Source: Mobula hypostoma
Taxonomy: Eukaryota
Direction of reading: 5' to 3'
Assembly (NCBI RefSeq): GCF_963921235.1
Contig: NC_086097.1
Location: 49,354,001 to 49,418,000, forward strand
DNA: 64,000 nucleotides
The position numbers were made by a program, and so were the translations under genes. The notes under the pieces were generated by a model that searched no databases, was not told the origin of the DNA, and worked only from the letters and a program-made list of their open reading frames with translations. This document shows, piece after piece, positions 51,834 through 63,980 of this stretch (its first letter is position 1; every line of letters starts with the position of its first letter).

Positions 51834-53842
51834 TATTTTCCTGGCTTTACTCTCCCAGCCTCTGCAATTTCTCAGCCCCAGTGATTTCTCCACCATGTCA
51901 ATTCACTGTTCACCCTCCTCTGAATTTACAGCCCTGTTTTTCTTCAATCGATCTAACCTGTTGACTTTGTTGTCTCATGTCCTTGTTACCCTCAGTGGAA
52001 AAGTGACAGCTTTCTGAGTACTTCCATGGATCTCTGTTTCTTGACACACAATAGTCTTCTGAGTCCATATCTGACAATAACTCTAAAAATAGTCATCATA
52101 AGAACAGAAAGCTGCAAGAGCACATGGAATAGCAAGCAACAATAGGCCATAAAGACCTCAACCTGCTCCACCATTGTATAAGATTATGACCCAATAAATA
52201 TTCTTCTGATTCATAGTGTCCAGAAAACTACTAGTCTCAGGCTTGAATATCATCAACGTTTGAGTGCCGACCAAGTAAAAGGTAGATTTAACACTGGCTA
52301 GGCAAGATTTCCCAAATGTCGGAAATGTGTGGCTGTTGAGGGTGGCGTCACTGAACTCAAGGACTGTGGCCTTTCTCCTTATCTGCTTGAGAAAATTTAA
52401 CAGCTTCTCCATCCTATCATCAGTGCTCCAAACTGTCTCCGATCTCTCCTCTCCATATGACACCCTTCCCTTGATCCAGCTTCTCTGTTTGCATCCCAAG
52501 CCTTGCTCTGATCTCCCTGCTGCTTTGGATCACAGCCTTCATTTAGCCTTGGCCTCCGATTTCTATATTTCTCTGTGATTCCCACATCCCTTGGGTCCTT
52601 GAGTTAAAAATAAGTTTGATCACATTCTTTAATGTCAATGACTCATTGGGATAGAAAACTCCAAAAAAAGCAAGATGCACTATGAATGCATACCAGTCCA
52701 AACCGATTACCCTTCATGTTGCATTAATGCTGCCTCGTCCCAAGCAGAGAAAGATAGTATCAATGTGACCAGAGTGTCTGCATAGGCTGTTAGCATTTAA
52801 TATGATTATAAATGGAGAAAAAAAACTCTTCAAACTGGATTAACATTATATGATTTAGCTTTATTTACTTGATTGTCAAATATTGTTCCATTGTTCTTTA
52901 ATGATAAAGAAAGCTCATCTTCAATCCTGAGGCAAATTACAGCTGCCACCAATGAAATTGTTCCCCATTATTGTAGATCACTTGTTAAGCATGTTACAGA
53001 TAAATGCATTATATTATTAGATTGGGCCTTTGTGCATTAACATCCCTATCCCTTCCTTTTATCTAGTGGTAAATAGCTCAGATAAAATTATTTACCTGTT
53101 GCAATGGGAGGAGAATGGTTTGTTAATGATTTATACTGGATTACAAGGAAGGCTGTATACAAGGAAGATAATGTGGACATAATTAAATGTACACAGATAA
53201 CATCACTACTCACTGATACAAGTCCTCCATCAACAAGTTAAAGATGAACGAGGATGCACATGTTTCTAAATCTGATCAGTCCTATCATGGGTTTGCATGC
53301 AACTGGTATGAATTTAGGAATCCATGTCACATAGCTAAGCAAATAAATAGCAGCATCATGGTAACATTTGACAGACCAAAGGATACTTTATAAAGTTTTC
53401 ATCTTATTAAATTAAACATCTTCACTATTTCAAATAAAATTCAAAATCAAACCTGATTATTTTATTTCAAACCATCTTGTGCATAGATTATTGTAATAAT
53501 TCTAGTGTAAACCTAATGGACTAGTTCTCATCTCTGCACATTAATGAATCTGTAAGCATATTCACGATAATAAGAGCTTAGAGAAGGCTCTGCAGTTTAA
53601 TAAGATCATGGCCGACCAGTTATTGCATTGCCACTTTCCTTAAACCCTATATCCGTTGGCTTCTTTAATATACAAAAATGTTTCCATTTACTTCTTGAGT
53701 CAAGCAACTAAACCTCACAGTCTCATAGGAAATTAATTCCAAAGGTTCATAAGTTTTCAGATGATGTTTATTCCTGAGGCTGTCCTAATGCCAAACTATC
53801 AGTTTGAGGCTGTGATACTTGATTCTAGATACCTCACCAGGT

Positions 53843-55400
53843 AGATAGAAACATAGAAAACCTAAAGCACAAAATAGGCCCCTCGGCTCACAAAGCTGTG
53901 CCGAACATGTCCTTACTTTAGAAATTACCTAGGATTACCCATAGCCTTCTATTTTTCCGAGCTCCATGTACCTATCCAGGAGTCTCTTAAAAGACCCTAT
54001 CGTATCCGCCTCCACCACCGTCGCCGGCAGCCCATTCCACACTCACACCACTCTGCATAAAAAAACTTACCCCTGACATCCCCTCTGGACCTACTTCCAA
54101 GCACTTTAAAACTATGCCCTCTCATGCTAGCCATTTCAGCCCTGGGAAAAAGCCTCTGACTATCCACATGATCAATGCCTCTCATCATCTTAAACACCTC
54201 TATCGGGTCACCTCTCATCCTCTGTCGCTCCAAGGAGAAAAGGCTGAGTTCACTCAACCTTATTCTCATAAGGCATGCTCCCCAATCCAGGCAACATCCT
54301 TGTAAATTTCCTCTGCACCCTTTCTATGGTTTCCACATCCTTCCTTTAGTGAGGCGACCAGAACTGAGCACAGTACTCCAAGTGGGGTCTGACCAGGGTC
54401 CTACATAGCTGCAACATTTCCTCTCAGCTCCTAAACTCAATCCCATGATTGATGAAGGTCAATTCACCGTATGCTTTCTCAACCACAGAGTCAACCTGCG
54501 CAGCAGCTTTGAGTGTCCTATGGACTCGGACCCCAAGAACCCTCTGATCCTCCACACTGCCAAGAGTCTTACCATATGCCATCATATTTGACCTACCAAA
54601 ATGAACCACCTCACACTTATCTGGGTTGAACTCCATCTGCCACTTCTCAGCCCAGTTTTGCATTCTATCAATGTCCCGCTGTAACCTCTGACAGCCCTCC
54701 ACACTATCCATAACACCTCCAACCTTTGTGCCATCAGCAAATTTACTAACCCATCTCTCCACTTCCTCATGTGGATCATTTATAAAAATCACGAAGAGTA
54801 GGGGTCCCAGAACAGATCCCTGAGGCACACCACTAGTCACCGACCTCCATGTAGAATATGATCCGTCTACAACCACTCTTTGCCTTCTGTGGGCAAGCCA
54901 ATTCTGGATCTACAAAGCAATGTCCCCTTGGATCCCATGCCTCCTTACTTTCTCAATAGGCCTGGCATGGGTACCTTGTCAAATGCCTTGCTGAAATCCA
55001 TATACACTGCATCTACTGCTCTACCTTCATCAATGTGTTTTGTCCCTTCCTCAAAAAAAATTCAATCAGGCTCATAAGACACAACTCACCTTTCACAAAG
55101 CCATGCTGACTATTCCTAATCATATTATGCCTCTCCAAATATTCATAAATCCTGCCTCTCAGGATCTTCTCCATCAACCTACCAACCACTGAAGTAAGAT
55201 TCACTGGTCTATAATTTCCTGGGCTATCTCTACTCTCTTTCTTGAATAATGGAACAACATCCACAACCTCTAATCCTCTGGAACCTCTCCCGTCCCCATT
55301 GATGATGCAAAGATCAATGCCAGAGGCTCAGCAATCTCCTCTCTTGCCTCTCACAGTAGCCTGGGTTACATCTCGTCCGGTCCTGGTGACTTATCCAACT
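53843..55400 (-). mobile_element. Relatively well-preserved 5'-truncated CR1
   Basis: ORFs read VVPLFKK...PGNYRPVNLTSVVG, SGVPQGSVLGPLLFVIFIND, KFADGTKVGG and QMEFNPDKCEVVHFG, then a (TTCTATGT)-type tail. Several CpGs are retained. Confidence 0.92.
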
Positions 55401-56109
55401 TACAGGGATGCATTATCACTGTAAAACTTAGAATATTGCATCTTTCAGTAAGACAATCTCATTTTATGCACGCCAAAGAATACAGGCTCAATTCCGTTCC
55501 CATTCCTCAGTGAGTAAATCTGACATCCTAGGAATCAACCTGATGAATTGTCTCAATGGAGATCCATTTAGTTTCAAAAGTGAGACTAATAAATGACAAT
55601 TCACCAAAAAGATCTGCAGAGGAATGTGGCATGAACAAGGTTAGCATCTGCATGGTAATATAGCTCAGTGGGTATAATTTAATCCATGCACACTTGGGCC
55701 TTGATAGTTGCCTAATGGGAGAAGACAAAGAATGCAACAAGGCCATGGGTAGGGCCCTGCAGAGCTCAATGCTTCTGATGGCTTCTTGACAACAAGAAAA
55801 ACAGACAAAGTACTGAAAACAGACAGAAGTTCAGATTAGATGTGTGCAGAAAGATTTTAAAAAACAAGTTATTGTTAACAACTGGGCAGTTGAGTCACTG
55901 GTAGAAGCAACTCTGGTGTCAGGAGTCCTCCAGCAGAGTTTCTTGGGAAATACCCCAGATTCCACAGGATTAGAGAAGATCAACAGGTAGAGCAGGAGAG
56001 TGTATCACCCATTCTGGCATTGAGGGAATGTAACGATCAATTAGGAAAAGAAAGGACTGACTCACCCCTCAACCAGGGAAGAGATCTTTAAGTACTTTGA
56101 ACCTGAGAA

Positions 56110-57320
56110 AGACTTCATGACAATTCTTGTTCTCGTAGAGTTGAGCACAGCATTTGATACCTTAGATCACAGCGTTCGCATAAACCACCTTAGTCAATGG
56201 GTAACACAAAATGCGGGAGGAACTCAGCAGACCAGGCAGTCTTGGTCTGAAACGTCAATAGTATTCTTTTCCATTGATGCTGCCTGGCCTGCTGAGTTCC
56301 TCCAGTATTTTGCGTGTGTGGCTTGGATTTCCAGCATCTGCAGATTTTCTCTTGTTACTCAATGGGTAGGTCTTTCTGGAATTGCTTTAAGCTGGTTTCA
56401 ATCTTACATTACAGGAAGAAAATTCTTTGCTTGCTTTGGTGATAGTGCTTCCAAAATCTATGATATTGTGTTTGATGTGCTGCAAGAATCAATTCTTGGT
56501 GCATTGTTGTTCTCATTCTACATGCTCCCATGAGGTCAGAGTATTTCAAAACACAAAGTGATTTACCACAGCTAGGCAGACCACACAAACTGTAGTTGTG
56601 TATTACACGAGATGACCCTGAGGCTCTAAACCCTCTGGTTCGGTGTCTTACCAGCATTACAGAATGGATGAGTTCAAATTTCCTTAAATTAAATAAGGAA
56701 AAAAAAAAGATTTTGGTTATTGGTAGCAATAAAAAAGTATGAATCTTAGAAATAAACTTGATCATCAGGCCTGAAGTAGGGAATTGAGGAGTTATTACTG
56801 ATTGAGAGCTAAATTTCAAATTACATATTAACCATATTACTAAGACCGTGTTCTTTTATTTAAGGAGCATTGCAAGAGTTCAATTTCTTACAACATCTCA
56901 AGATGCAGAAAAATTGACAACACTCTTGTTTCTAGCTGATTAGACTGCCGTAATGCACTCTGTTCAGGACTGCACAAGATAGTGCTGACACTTGTTCTAA
57001 ATGCAGCAGCAAGAATCTTAACCAAAAAAAATCTGAGCAAATTTCACTGGTTTTGGCATTACAACACTGGCTGCCTGTGTCCTTTAGGATCAATTTTAAA
57101 ATACTCTTAATTGTATACTAGTCTCTGAACTCCTATAGCTCCTCTGAATATTTTGGAGTGTCTGCCTCTTTACATTGCTAATCATAACCTTACATCCACG
57201 GAATTAGCTTAGTACAAGACATATAGGAACTTTTGTTCTTTTGCACCAAAAATCTGGGATATTCTACCAAATGAGATATGCCAGGCTAGTGGAACGTTTC
57301 AAAACACTTCTGGAAACGTA
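56110..57320 (+). mobile_element. L2 LINE RT fragment
   Basis: Reads ILVLVELSTAFDTLDH...GLSGIALSWFQSYITGR...QESILGALLFSFYMLP, then WMSSNFLKLN, LDCRNAL, LNAAARILT and HWLPVSFRINFKIL. Confidence 0.85.
56204..56358 (+). mobile_element. Miniature Penelope-derived insertion within L2, 10-bp TSD
   Basis: TSD TCAATGGGTA (56194-56203 and 56359-56368). Contains a short inverted pseudo-LTR arm followed by a forward pseudo-LTR end. Confidence 0.85.
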
Positions 57321-57552
57321 CTTTAAAAAAAAAATTTGGCCTACTTAACTCCTGTTGATGTTGATTACATTTATATAATTTGGTATATTTGATATAATGT
57401 TTGTCTTTACTTACGATTTTAAATTTTAACTTGCATTTTTGTGAGTATATTGACTTATTTTTACAAAATACATAAAGCGATGTGAGCCTGCATCTTAATG
57501 CATGAAAGATGCAATATAAATTTATAAATACAGCTTGAACGTACAAGGGAGA

Positions 57553-57852
57553 CAGACGAGATCCTGCAGATGCTGGAATTCAGGAGAAACACACAAAACG
57601 CTGGAGGAACAGTGGGTCAGGCAGCAGCTATGGAGGGAAATTACAATCAACATCCTTCATCAGGACTGGAAAGGAAGAGGCAGGAGCCAGATTAATAAAT
57701 GGGAGGGGGGCAGGCGAGGAGTACAAGCCGGCAGATGAGGGAGGATGAAAGGGAATATATGAGAAGGGGTAAGAGGGTCATGAGAATGAGAGAAAACAAC
57801 AAGTGGGGGGGGGAGAGAAGGGAGAGGTTACAAAAAGCTAGAGAGTTCAATA
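57553..57852 (-). repeat. Penelope pseudo-LTR fragment
   Basis: CTGCAGATGCTGGAA...CTGGAGGAAC...CTTCATCAGGACTGG, followed by a purine-rich tract. Confidence 0.75.
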
Positions 57853-58872
57853 CCATTTTTTGTTTGTTGGCATGCAAATTCCTATTTGTCAAGTCTTAGC
57901 TTTGATACATCTGATGTAAGTGACCACATTTTGTAAACACCATTGAGTATTACACAAATCATTCACCCTAACCCACACATGCCCCGGTATTTGTGATTCA
58001 ATCACACCAACTTCCACCCTTCCCCATCTAACCCTCTGCACCTATTCTTAATAAAGGAAACTTCTCAAAATTCTAATAGTGATACAGAGTATCAAATATG
58101 CAAAGCTATATAAATGATTTGAACTATTACCTACAATGGCTGCTGGAATTATATCATGTCATAAATGCTTTCCTTTAAAAAATTATATGAGGTAGATTTA
58201 CTAATGGATTGAATTTAGCTCCTGTACACCAGGAGAGTTCCATTACTGTATTTCTAACCTGAGCTCCCTCTAGCATCCCACTGAGAGCTTAGACATGTTG
58301 AATTGAATGTGCAGTCCCTGAAATTAACTTCCTGGCTCCACAATTTTGCTGAACTATGAATTCTTTCCTTGGCTCATGCATGAACAAAAAAAAACAGGAC
58401 TCAGCCATTCACTCCAAGTTTAAAGAGCAAGAAACTGGGAAATTAAATAGTGAAGAAACTACATTTTGATTCAGTGAGATAACCATTTCCTGAATTAGAA
58501 AACTGATTTTTAGATGAATGGAATTACAGCCAAGTGTTGTACTCATATTCTACCCAAGAGCTTTGGTGAGGTGCAAAGCAGTAAAACCGATGGGCGCAGT
58601 GCAACCACTGGCACGTCCACTTATTATGCTCAATTGTGTGAGGAATCGTGACAGTGTAAAGAGCAATCTGTATTTCACCATTAGAATGAACAAGTTTGTT
58701 TTCAGAATTCTATTTTTACTGAATTCTAGACCAGTCTTACCTTTATTTGTAATTATTTATTTTAAAGGGCCCAAATGCGGGGAAATTCATTAATCAACAA
58801 TGATCTGTAGAAGCTTCTTCACACTTTGGGTGAGGTTTATATTTAAAGATGTCCTGGAGTTAGAGACAGTTA

Positions 58873-59620
58873 AGGCTGATTTATACTTGTGCGTCAAATG
58901 TACGTCGTAGGTACGGCGTAGCGGCACACCCTACGCTATACTCTACGCAAACCCTACGCTGTAGCCTAATGCGCACCTCTCCCAAAATGTAACTACGTGT
59001 TGCGGTGACGCAGACCGCAACTACTGTGATTGGTCGGCTTGGTAGCATCGCATTTCCTCCTTCGCTGCAATAGCTTCCCATTGGGCGACCGAAGGGCAGG
59101 CAAGGAACTCTGGCTGCAATGCTTTCCATAAAGCTTTACAGACCTCCAAACTTATGGAGGACCCTGTGCTTGACACCAGTCTGTAGCTAGCTGCTACAGC
59201 CTGTTGACTTCCACCTGAAGCTAAAACTCGAATGGTGATTGCCAGTCTCTCAGTATACTGTGCGTACACTGATGCAATATTAGAGACGATGAACCAAATT
59301 GTCAAATCTACCTGCCGACATCCGAAAATATTTGAAATGCATTTTTTCGTCCATGTCTCTCGGTGGCCGGACAAGCACAGAAAATTCACCCTCCTTCAGT
59401 TTCAGTCGCCATTGTTTGAAGTTTGAGTTTCTTCGTGTTGAGTTTCAACACGAAGAAACTCAATACAGTGGCATAGAAACCCCACCGCCAACTAGCGTTT
59501 TGGCAGTGAATTGCAGCGCGACGCAGACACTCCAACGCACAAGTATAAATGCTCACAACAGCGTAGCCCACTTGCGTAGGCTTGCAGCGCAAGCTAGTAC
59601 ACACAAGTATAAATCAGCCT
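58873..59620 (-). mobile_element. Non-autonomous PIF/Harbinger transposon
   Basis: TIR AGGCTGATTTATACTTGTG (19 bp perfect) and TSD TTA (58870-58872 and 59621-59623). Transposase remnant [25 protein letters not shown]...[14 protein letters not shown]. CpG-rich. Confidence 0.92.
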
Positions 59621-59859
59621 TTAGTCAGAGCACTTGTAAATGCAGTGGCGGGAGAATCTATTGCTCATTGGCAGGGAATCTCCATCCCCACCATCAGATT
59701 ACCCAATGTAACAACTGCAGCACTCTCAACATTGAGTAATAATATGCTGTGTTGTTGTGGGGTGACCTTCCTCTAGCATGTCTGACTTCAGTTAACAACA
59801 GCTGTCTTTCTCTGAGCTCATACTTTGAACTCTGATTAATCAGAGAAACAGAGTTAGAG

Positions 59860-60180
59860 AGAGACGCAGCACAGAATTAGGCCCTACAGCCCAGAGAGTA
59901 TATGCTGACCATTTACACTGATCTTACATTAATTCAACATTTTTTTTACCCTCCCCATTTTTTCTTCAGCTCCTTTCAGATTCTACCACTCACATATACA
60001 CTAGTGACCATTTAACCAACAAGATGTTGGGGTGTGGGAGAAACTGGAGCACCTGGGGAAAACACACAGTCACAGGGAGAACATGGAAACTCCCCATAAG
60101 CAGCACACGAGGTCAGGATCAAACCTAGATCTCTGGTGCAGCGAGGCAACAGCTCTGTTAGTTGCACTACTGTGCCACCT
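59860..60180 (-). mobile_element. tRNA-derived SINE with a CR1-like tail
   Basis: Core GTGGGAGAAACTGGAGCACCTGGGGAAAACACAC...CAGGGAGAAC; tRNA-like head near 60120-60180. Confidence 0.65.
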
Positions 60181-60321
60181 AGTTCACCAATTTATTCTCA
60201 GTCAGCCAAAGCAGAATTACACAGGACATTCCTCCCATCTCCCATTTTCCTTTTAAACAGGGTGTTATCACCATTCAGATTCCACGGTGAAAATTAGCTA
60301 AACACAACTTGAGCTCTTGAA

Positions 60322-60964
60322 CACAAGAGATTCTACTGGAAATCTGGAGCCACACACACAAAATGCTGGAGGAACTCAGCAGGCCAATCAGCATCTACGG
60401 AAATCAATAAACAGTTGACGTTTTCGGCTGAGGCCCTTCATCAGGACTGGAAAGGAAAGGGTGAAAAAGTCAGGATAAGAAAGTGGGAGGAGGGGAAAGA
60501 GTCCAAGCTACGAGGTGACAGGGGATGGGGGAGGGGTGATGAAGTAAGAAGCTGGGAGGTGATAGGTGGAAAAGGTAAAGGGCTGAAGAAGGAGGAATGG
60601 GATAGGAGAGGAGAGTGGACCATGGGAGAAAGAGAAGGAGGGGGAGCAACAGAGGGCGGTGCTTGGTAGCTGAGGAGAACAGGTAAGAGGAGAGCCAGAG
60701 TGGGGAATTCAAGAAGGGAAAAGGGGGAAGGGGGAGGGGAAAAGTGGGAAGGGGGAGGGGAAAAGTGGGAAGGGGGAGGGGGAGGGGGAAGGGGGAGGGG
60801 GAAGGGGGAGGGGGAAGGGGAAGGGGAAGGGGAAGGGGAAGGGGGAGGGGGAAGGGGAAGGGGGGAGGGGGGAACTAAGTTACTGGACGTTAGAGAAATT
60901 CATGTTCATGTCAGCAGGTTGGAGGCTAACCAGACAGAATATGAGGTGTTGCTCCTCTAACCCC
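60322..60964 (-). mobile_element. Penelope-like 3' fragment with a 10-bp TSD
   Basis: TSD AGCTCTTGAA (60312-60321 and 60965-60974). Reads LEEQHLIFCLVSLQP (GIY-YIG C-terminus). The pseudo-LTR carries a hammerhead-like core. Confidence 0.85.
60716..60872 (+). repeat. G-rich polypurine microsatellite (GGGGAA/GGGGGA)n
   Basis: Visible directly in the sequence; lies inside the Penelope fragment. Confidence 0.9.
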
Positions 60965-61179
60965 AGCTCTTGAATCCGATTTTACAAACGTATGTGAGCT
61001 CTGCTGATATTCCATAATAATGTCACTTTGAAAATAAAATCTGATTGTGTTTGAACAAAATAGGATTAGCACAGTCTTATTTTAAATGGGCACCTAATGG
61101 TCAGCAGCGACTTGGTAGGGCAAAGGGCCTATTTCCATGCTGCATGACAACTCCACAATATTTTTATTATATATCTATT

Positions 61180-61385
61180 GAGATACAGCACAGGATAGGC
61201 TCTTCTGGCCCTTTCGGCCACGCTGTCCAGCAATCCCCCGATTTAATCACAGGACAATTTACCCGGAGAAAACTATGCAGTGATGGAAAGGAGATACAAA
61301 ATCATTCCAGGCAGCGATGGGAATTGAACCCAGGTCACCTGTACTCTAAAGCATTGTGATAACCACTGTGCTATTGTGCGCCCCA
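61180..61385 (-). mobile_element. tRNA-derived SINE with Pol III boxes
   Basis: On the minus strand, A-box-like TAGCACAGTGG (61363-61373) and B-box-like GGTTCAATTCC (61320-61330). Confidence 0.7.
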
Positions 61386-61549
61386 AAATCTGTATAATAA
61401 TAATAAAAATTATAATAATAACAATAATAGAGTAGAACCAGATGTCATCATCCTGAAAATAAGAAACAAGCTTTTCTGGAGAAAAAAATAGGCAACATTG
61501 ATATGGCAAAAGACGACACCAGGTTTGCAATTCCGTCCATAACTGTTGA

Positions 61550-62012
61550 ATACCACTCCCCTCTGTTTCTCCCCTCCTCCCACCACCTTTTTGTTTTTCT
61601 CCCATTCTGGTTATCCTCTCACCCCCTCTCCTCTTCTACCCCTCCCTTACGTCCTGCCTATCACCTCCATTTGGTTCCCCACCTCCTTCCCTATATTCAT
61701 TCCATGGTCCAGTGTCCTTTTCTTAGATTCCTCTTCAGCTGTTTACTTCTTCTACCTATCATCACCCAGCTTCTCATATCATTCCCCTCTCCTCCACCCC
61801 TACCATCTGGTCTTATCACCAGCCAGCTTGTACTTCTCCCTCCTCCCCCCAGCTTCTGCTTCCTTTCTTTCCAGTCCCGATGAAGGGTCTCAGCCCAAAA
61901 CATCAACTTTATTCTCCTCCATAGATGCTGCCTGATGTGGTGAGTTCCTCTGGCATTTTGTGTGTATTACTGTGGGATATTGTTCTCCAGCATCTGCAGA
62001 ATATCTTGCATC
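61550..62012 (+). repeat. Penelope pseudo-LTR fragment
   Basis: Pyrimidine-rich tract, then CCAGTCCCGATGAAGGGTCTCAGCCCAAAACATC and CCAGCATCTGCAG. Inverted relative to 60322-60700. Confidence 0.8.
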
Positions 62013-62366
62013 TCTGTCGATCAGTAATCTGTCACAGCTATATTAGGTTCAGCAAAGTTATTAAGGAATATGGAAAAGGACAAGGTATATAGGATGGATC
62101 AATAATCAACCTTGCTCTCACTGAAGAGGATTGTTGTGCTAAATAGCCCAGCTTTGATGCATGTCCCTGTGTTGTTCTTGTATTAACTTGCACACCACAG
62201 GATGAAGAAGCAGAGCATTTTAAAGATCCACCCTACAAGAATGTTCTTTTGCTGCTGGTTCAGGCTTGTTTTGAGATGCCTTATGCCAGTAGTATGACTC
62301 TTGGATTTAATTACTTTTCAAATCTCAAGCCTTATTTTAACAAATTCTTTGCCTTCCATTTCACAG

Positions 62367-62388
62367 GTGAACCAAAGGCAGAATTAAT
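62367..62388 (+). other. INF2: 5' UTR part of the first coding exon of INF2
   Basis: Splice acceptor TTCTTTGCCTTCCATTTCACAG ends at 62366. An in-frame TGA at 62368-62370 precedes the ATG at 62389. Confidence 0.8.
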
Positions 62389-62782
62389 ATGGCTGCAAAG
62401 CAGGAAAGTAAGTCGAAGAAATGGGCTCTTGTAAAGGAAAAGATCACTGCCCCAGACATAGACAATACCGAGGCCAACCTGGAAAATGCTGACCCTGAGC
62501 TCTGTATCCGTTTGCTTCAGACCCCAACTGTTATGAATTACTCAGGCCTGAAGAAGCGAGTGGAAAACAGCAACAATGCCTGGATGCTACAATTCCTGGA
62601 GCTTGGTGGCCTTGATTTACTGCTGGAAGCACTGGACAGATTGTCCGGCAGAGGAGTGGCAAAGATAACCGATGCCCTCTTGCAGCTCACCTGCGTGAAG
62701 TGTGTACGGGCTGTGATGAACTCTTCAAAAGGCATCGACTACATTATAAATAATTCAGGCTATGTCCGAAAACTTTCCCAAG
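62389..62782 (+). CDS. INF2: Inverted formin-2, first coding exon (N-terminal extension and start of the diaphanous inhibitory domain); later exons not seen in this window
   Basis: KWALVKEK...[18 protein letters not shown]...NYSGLKKR...[25 protein letters not shown]...[18 protein letters not shown]...GYVRKLSQ is recognisably vertebrate INF2. Donor AG|GTATGG at 62783. The 394 coding nt give a phase-1 junction, consistent with the human exon as recalled. Confidence 0.95.
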
Positions 62783-63774
62783 GTATGGAATAAACATCTC
62801 AATCGAGCTTTAATGCACTGTTTAATGTTTCAACTGTTTTTGTGTCAGGTTTATCCTTAACATACCAATACACCTTACAACAAATGGAAACAAAATTAAC
62901 GTAAGAAATCAAGGATGTTCTGTAAATAATCATTTTCAGGTTCATGCAATGGATTACAAAATCTGCAGCTCAGTAGAAGCTATCCATAATTTTTTAAATC
63001 AATTTTGTTTACAATTGACCAAAATTGAAATGAAAGTTAACTCACATTATATCACCCATAATTTATAGCCAATGGTAAAGCAATAGTTCTTTCCATTGTC
63101 CTCAAAGCACATTACCCAGAACAATCTAGCTATCTTTTACCCATGCCTTCTTTAATCAGTCTGACACAATGAACACAAGCAACAAGATATCATCATCTGG
63201 CTGTGCAGCCAATGACATTAAAGGATTCGAGGTCACCACACATCGGGAAGCAGGAGGCACAACGCTCAAATTAATTTTATAAATACGACCATATTAAAGA
63301 TCGAAACACATGCATGATTTAGAAGCTGAAATATCATGCACTTAAAATAAAATACATTAAAATGCTTTAAGTATAAAAATTACAATGCGCATATATAAAA
63401 TTAGATTTTTTTTAAGGGAAGGCAGTTTGCTAAGTAGAGACATACTGAAGCAATTATTTAATTTTTAGCTCTGCAAACTGAAATTACAGTTTTGTTCACA
63501 TTAAGCAAATACTTGTGCAAATAATTCAGGATTCTGTACTGTATTCCACTCAACTAAAAGAATTAGCTTTTATTCCAACTAACAGGCTACTTTATTCTCC
63601 TTTGTATACACCAAGGACACTGCATCAACAACATTCAAGGAAGCACGTCCTACACATTTGTTCAAAACTTCAGCTTTTTTGTTTATAATAATGACAAATA
63701 TTGCTTTGCAAAAGAAAAATAAGTTTGCAAAGAACCACCCAGTGAAAATGAAAAGGAATGCTCCTTTCATCAGG

Positions 63775-63980
63775 TAGCACAGATTGTTCAATACATTGAA
63801 CACACTGCCAGAGGTAGTGGTAGAAGTGGAGACATTAGGGACATTTAAGAGACTCTCACATAGGCACATCGATGAAAGAAAAATGGAGGATGATGTGGGA
63901 GCGAATGGTTAGATTGATCTTGGAGTAACATCATGGGCTGAAGGGCCTGTACTGTGCTGTACTGTTCCATGATCTATATT
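63775..63980 (+). mobile_element. CR1 3' end
   Basis: Reads NTLPEVVVEVETLGTFKRL, then the tail GGGCTGAAGGGCCTGTACTGTGCTGTACTGTTC. Confidence 0.8.

Noticed and set aside
60700..60960. Gly/Glu-rich ORF
   Set aside because: Translation of a polypurine microsatellite.
62783..62793. ORF-track ending GME* as the true C-terminus of a 134-aa protein
   Set aside because: INF2 similarity ends at the GT donor (62783); these codons are intronic read-through.
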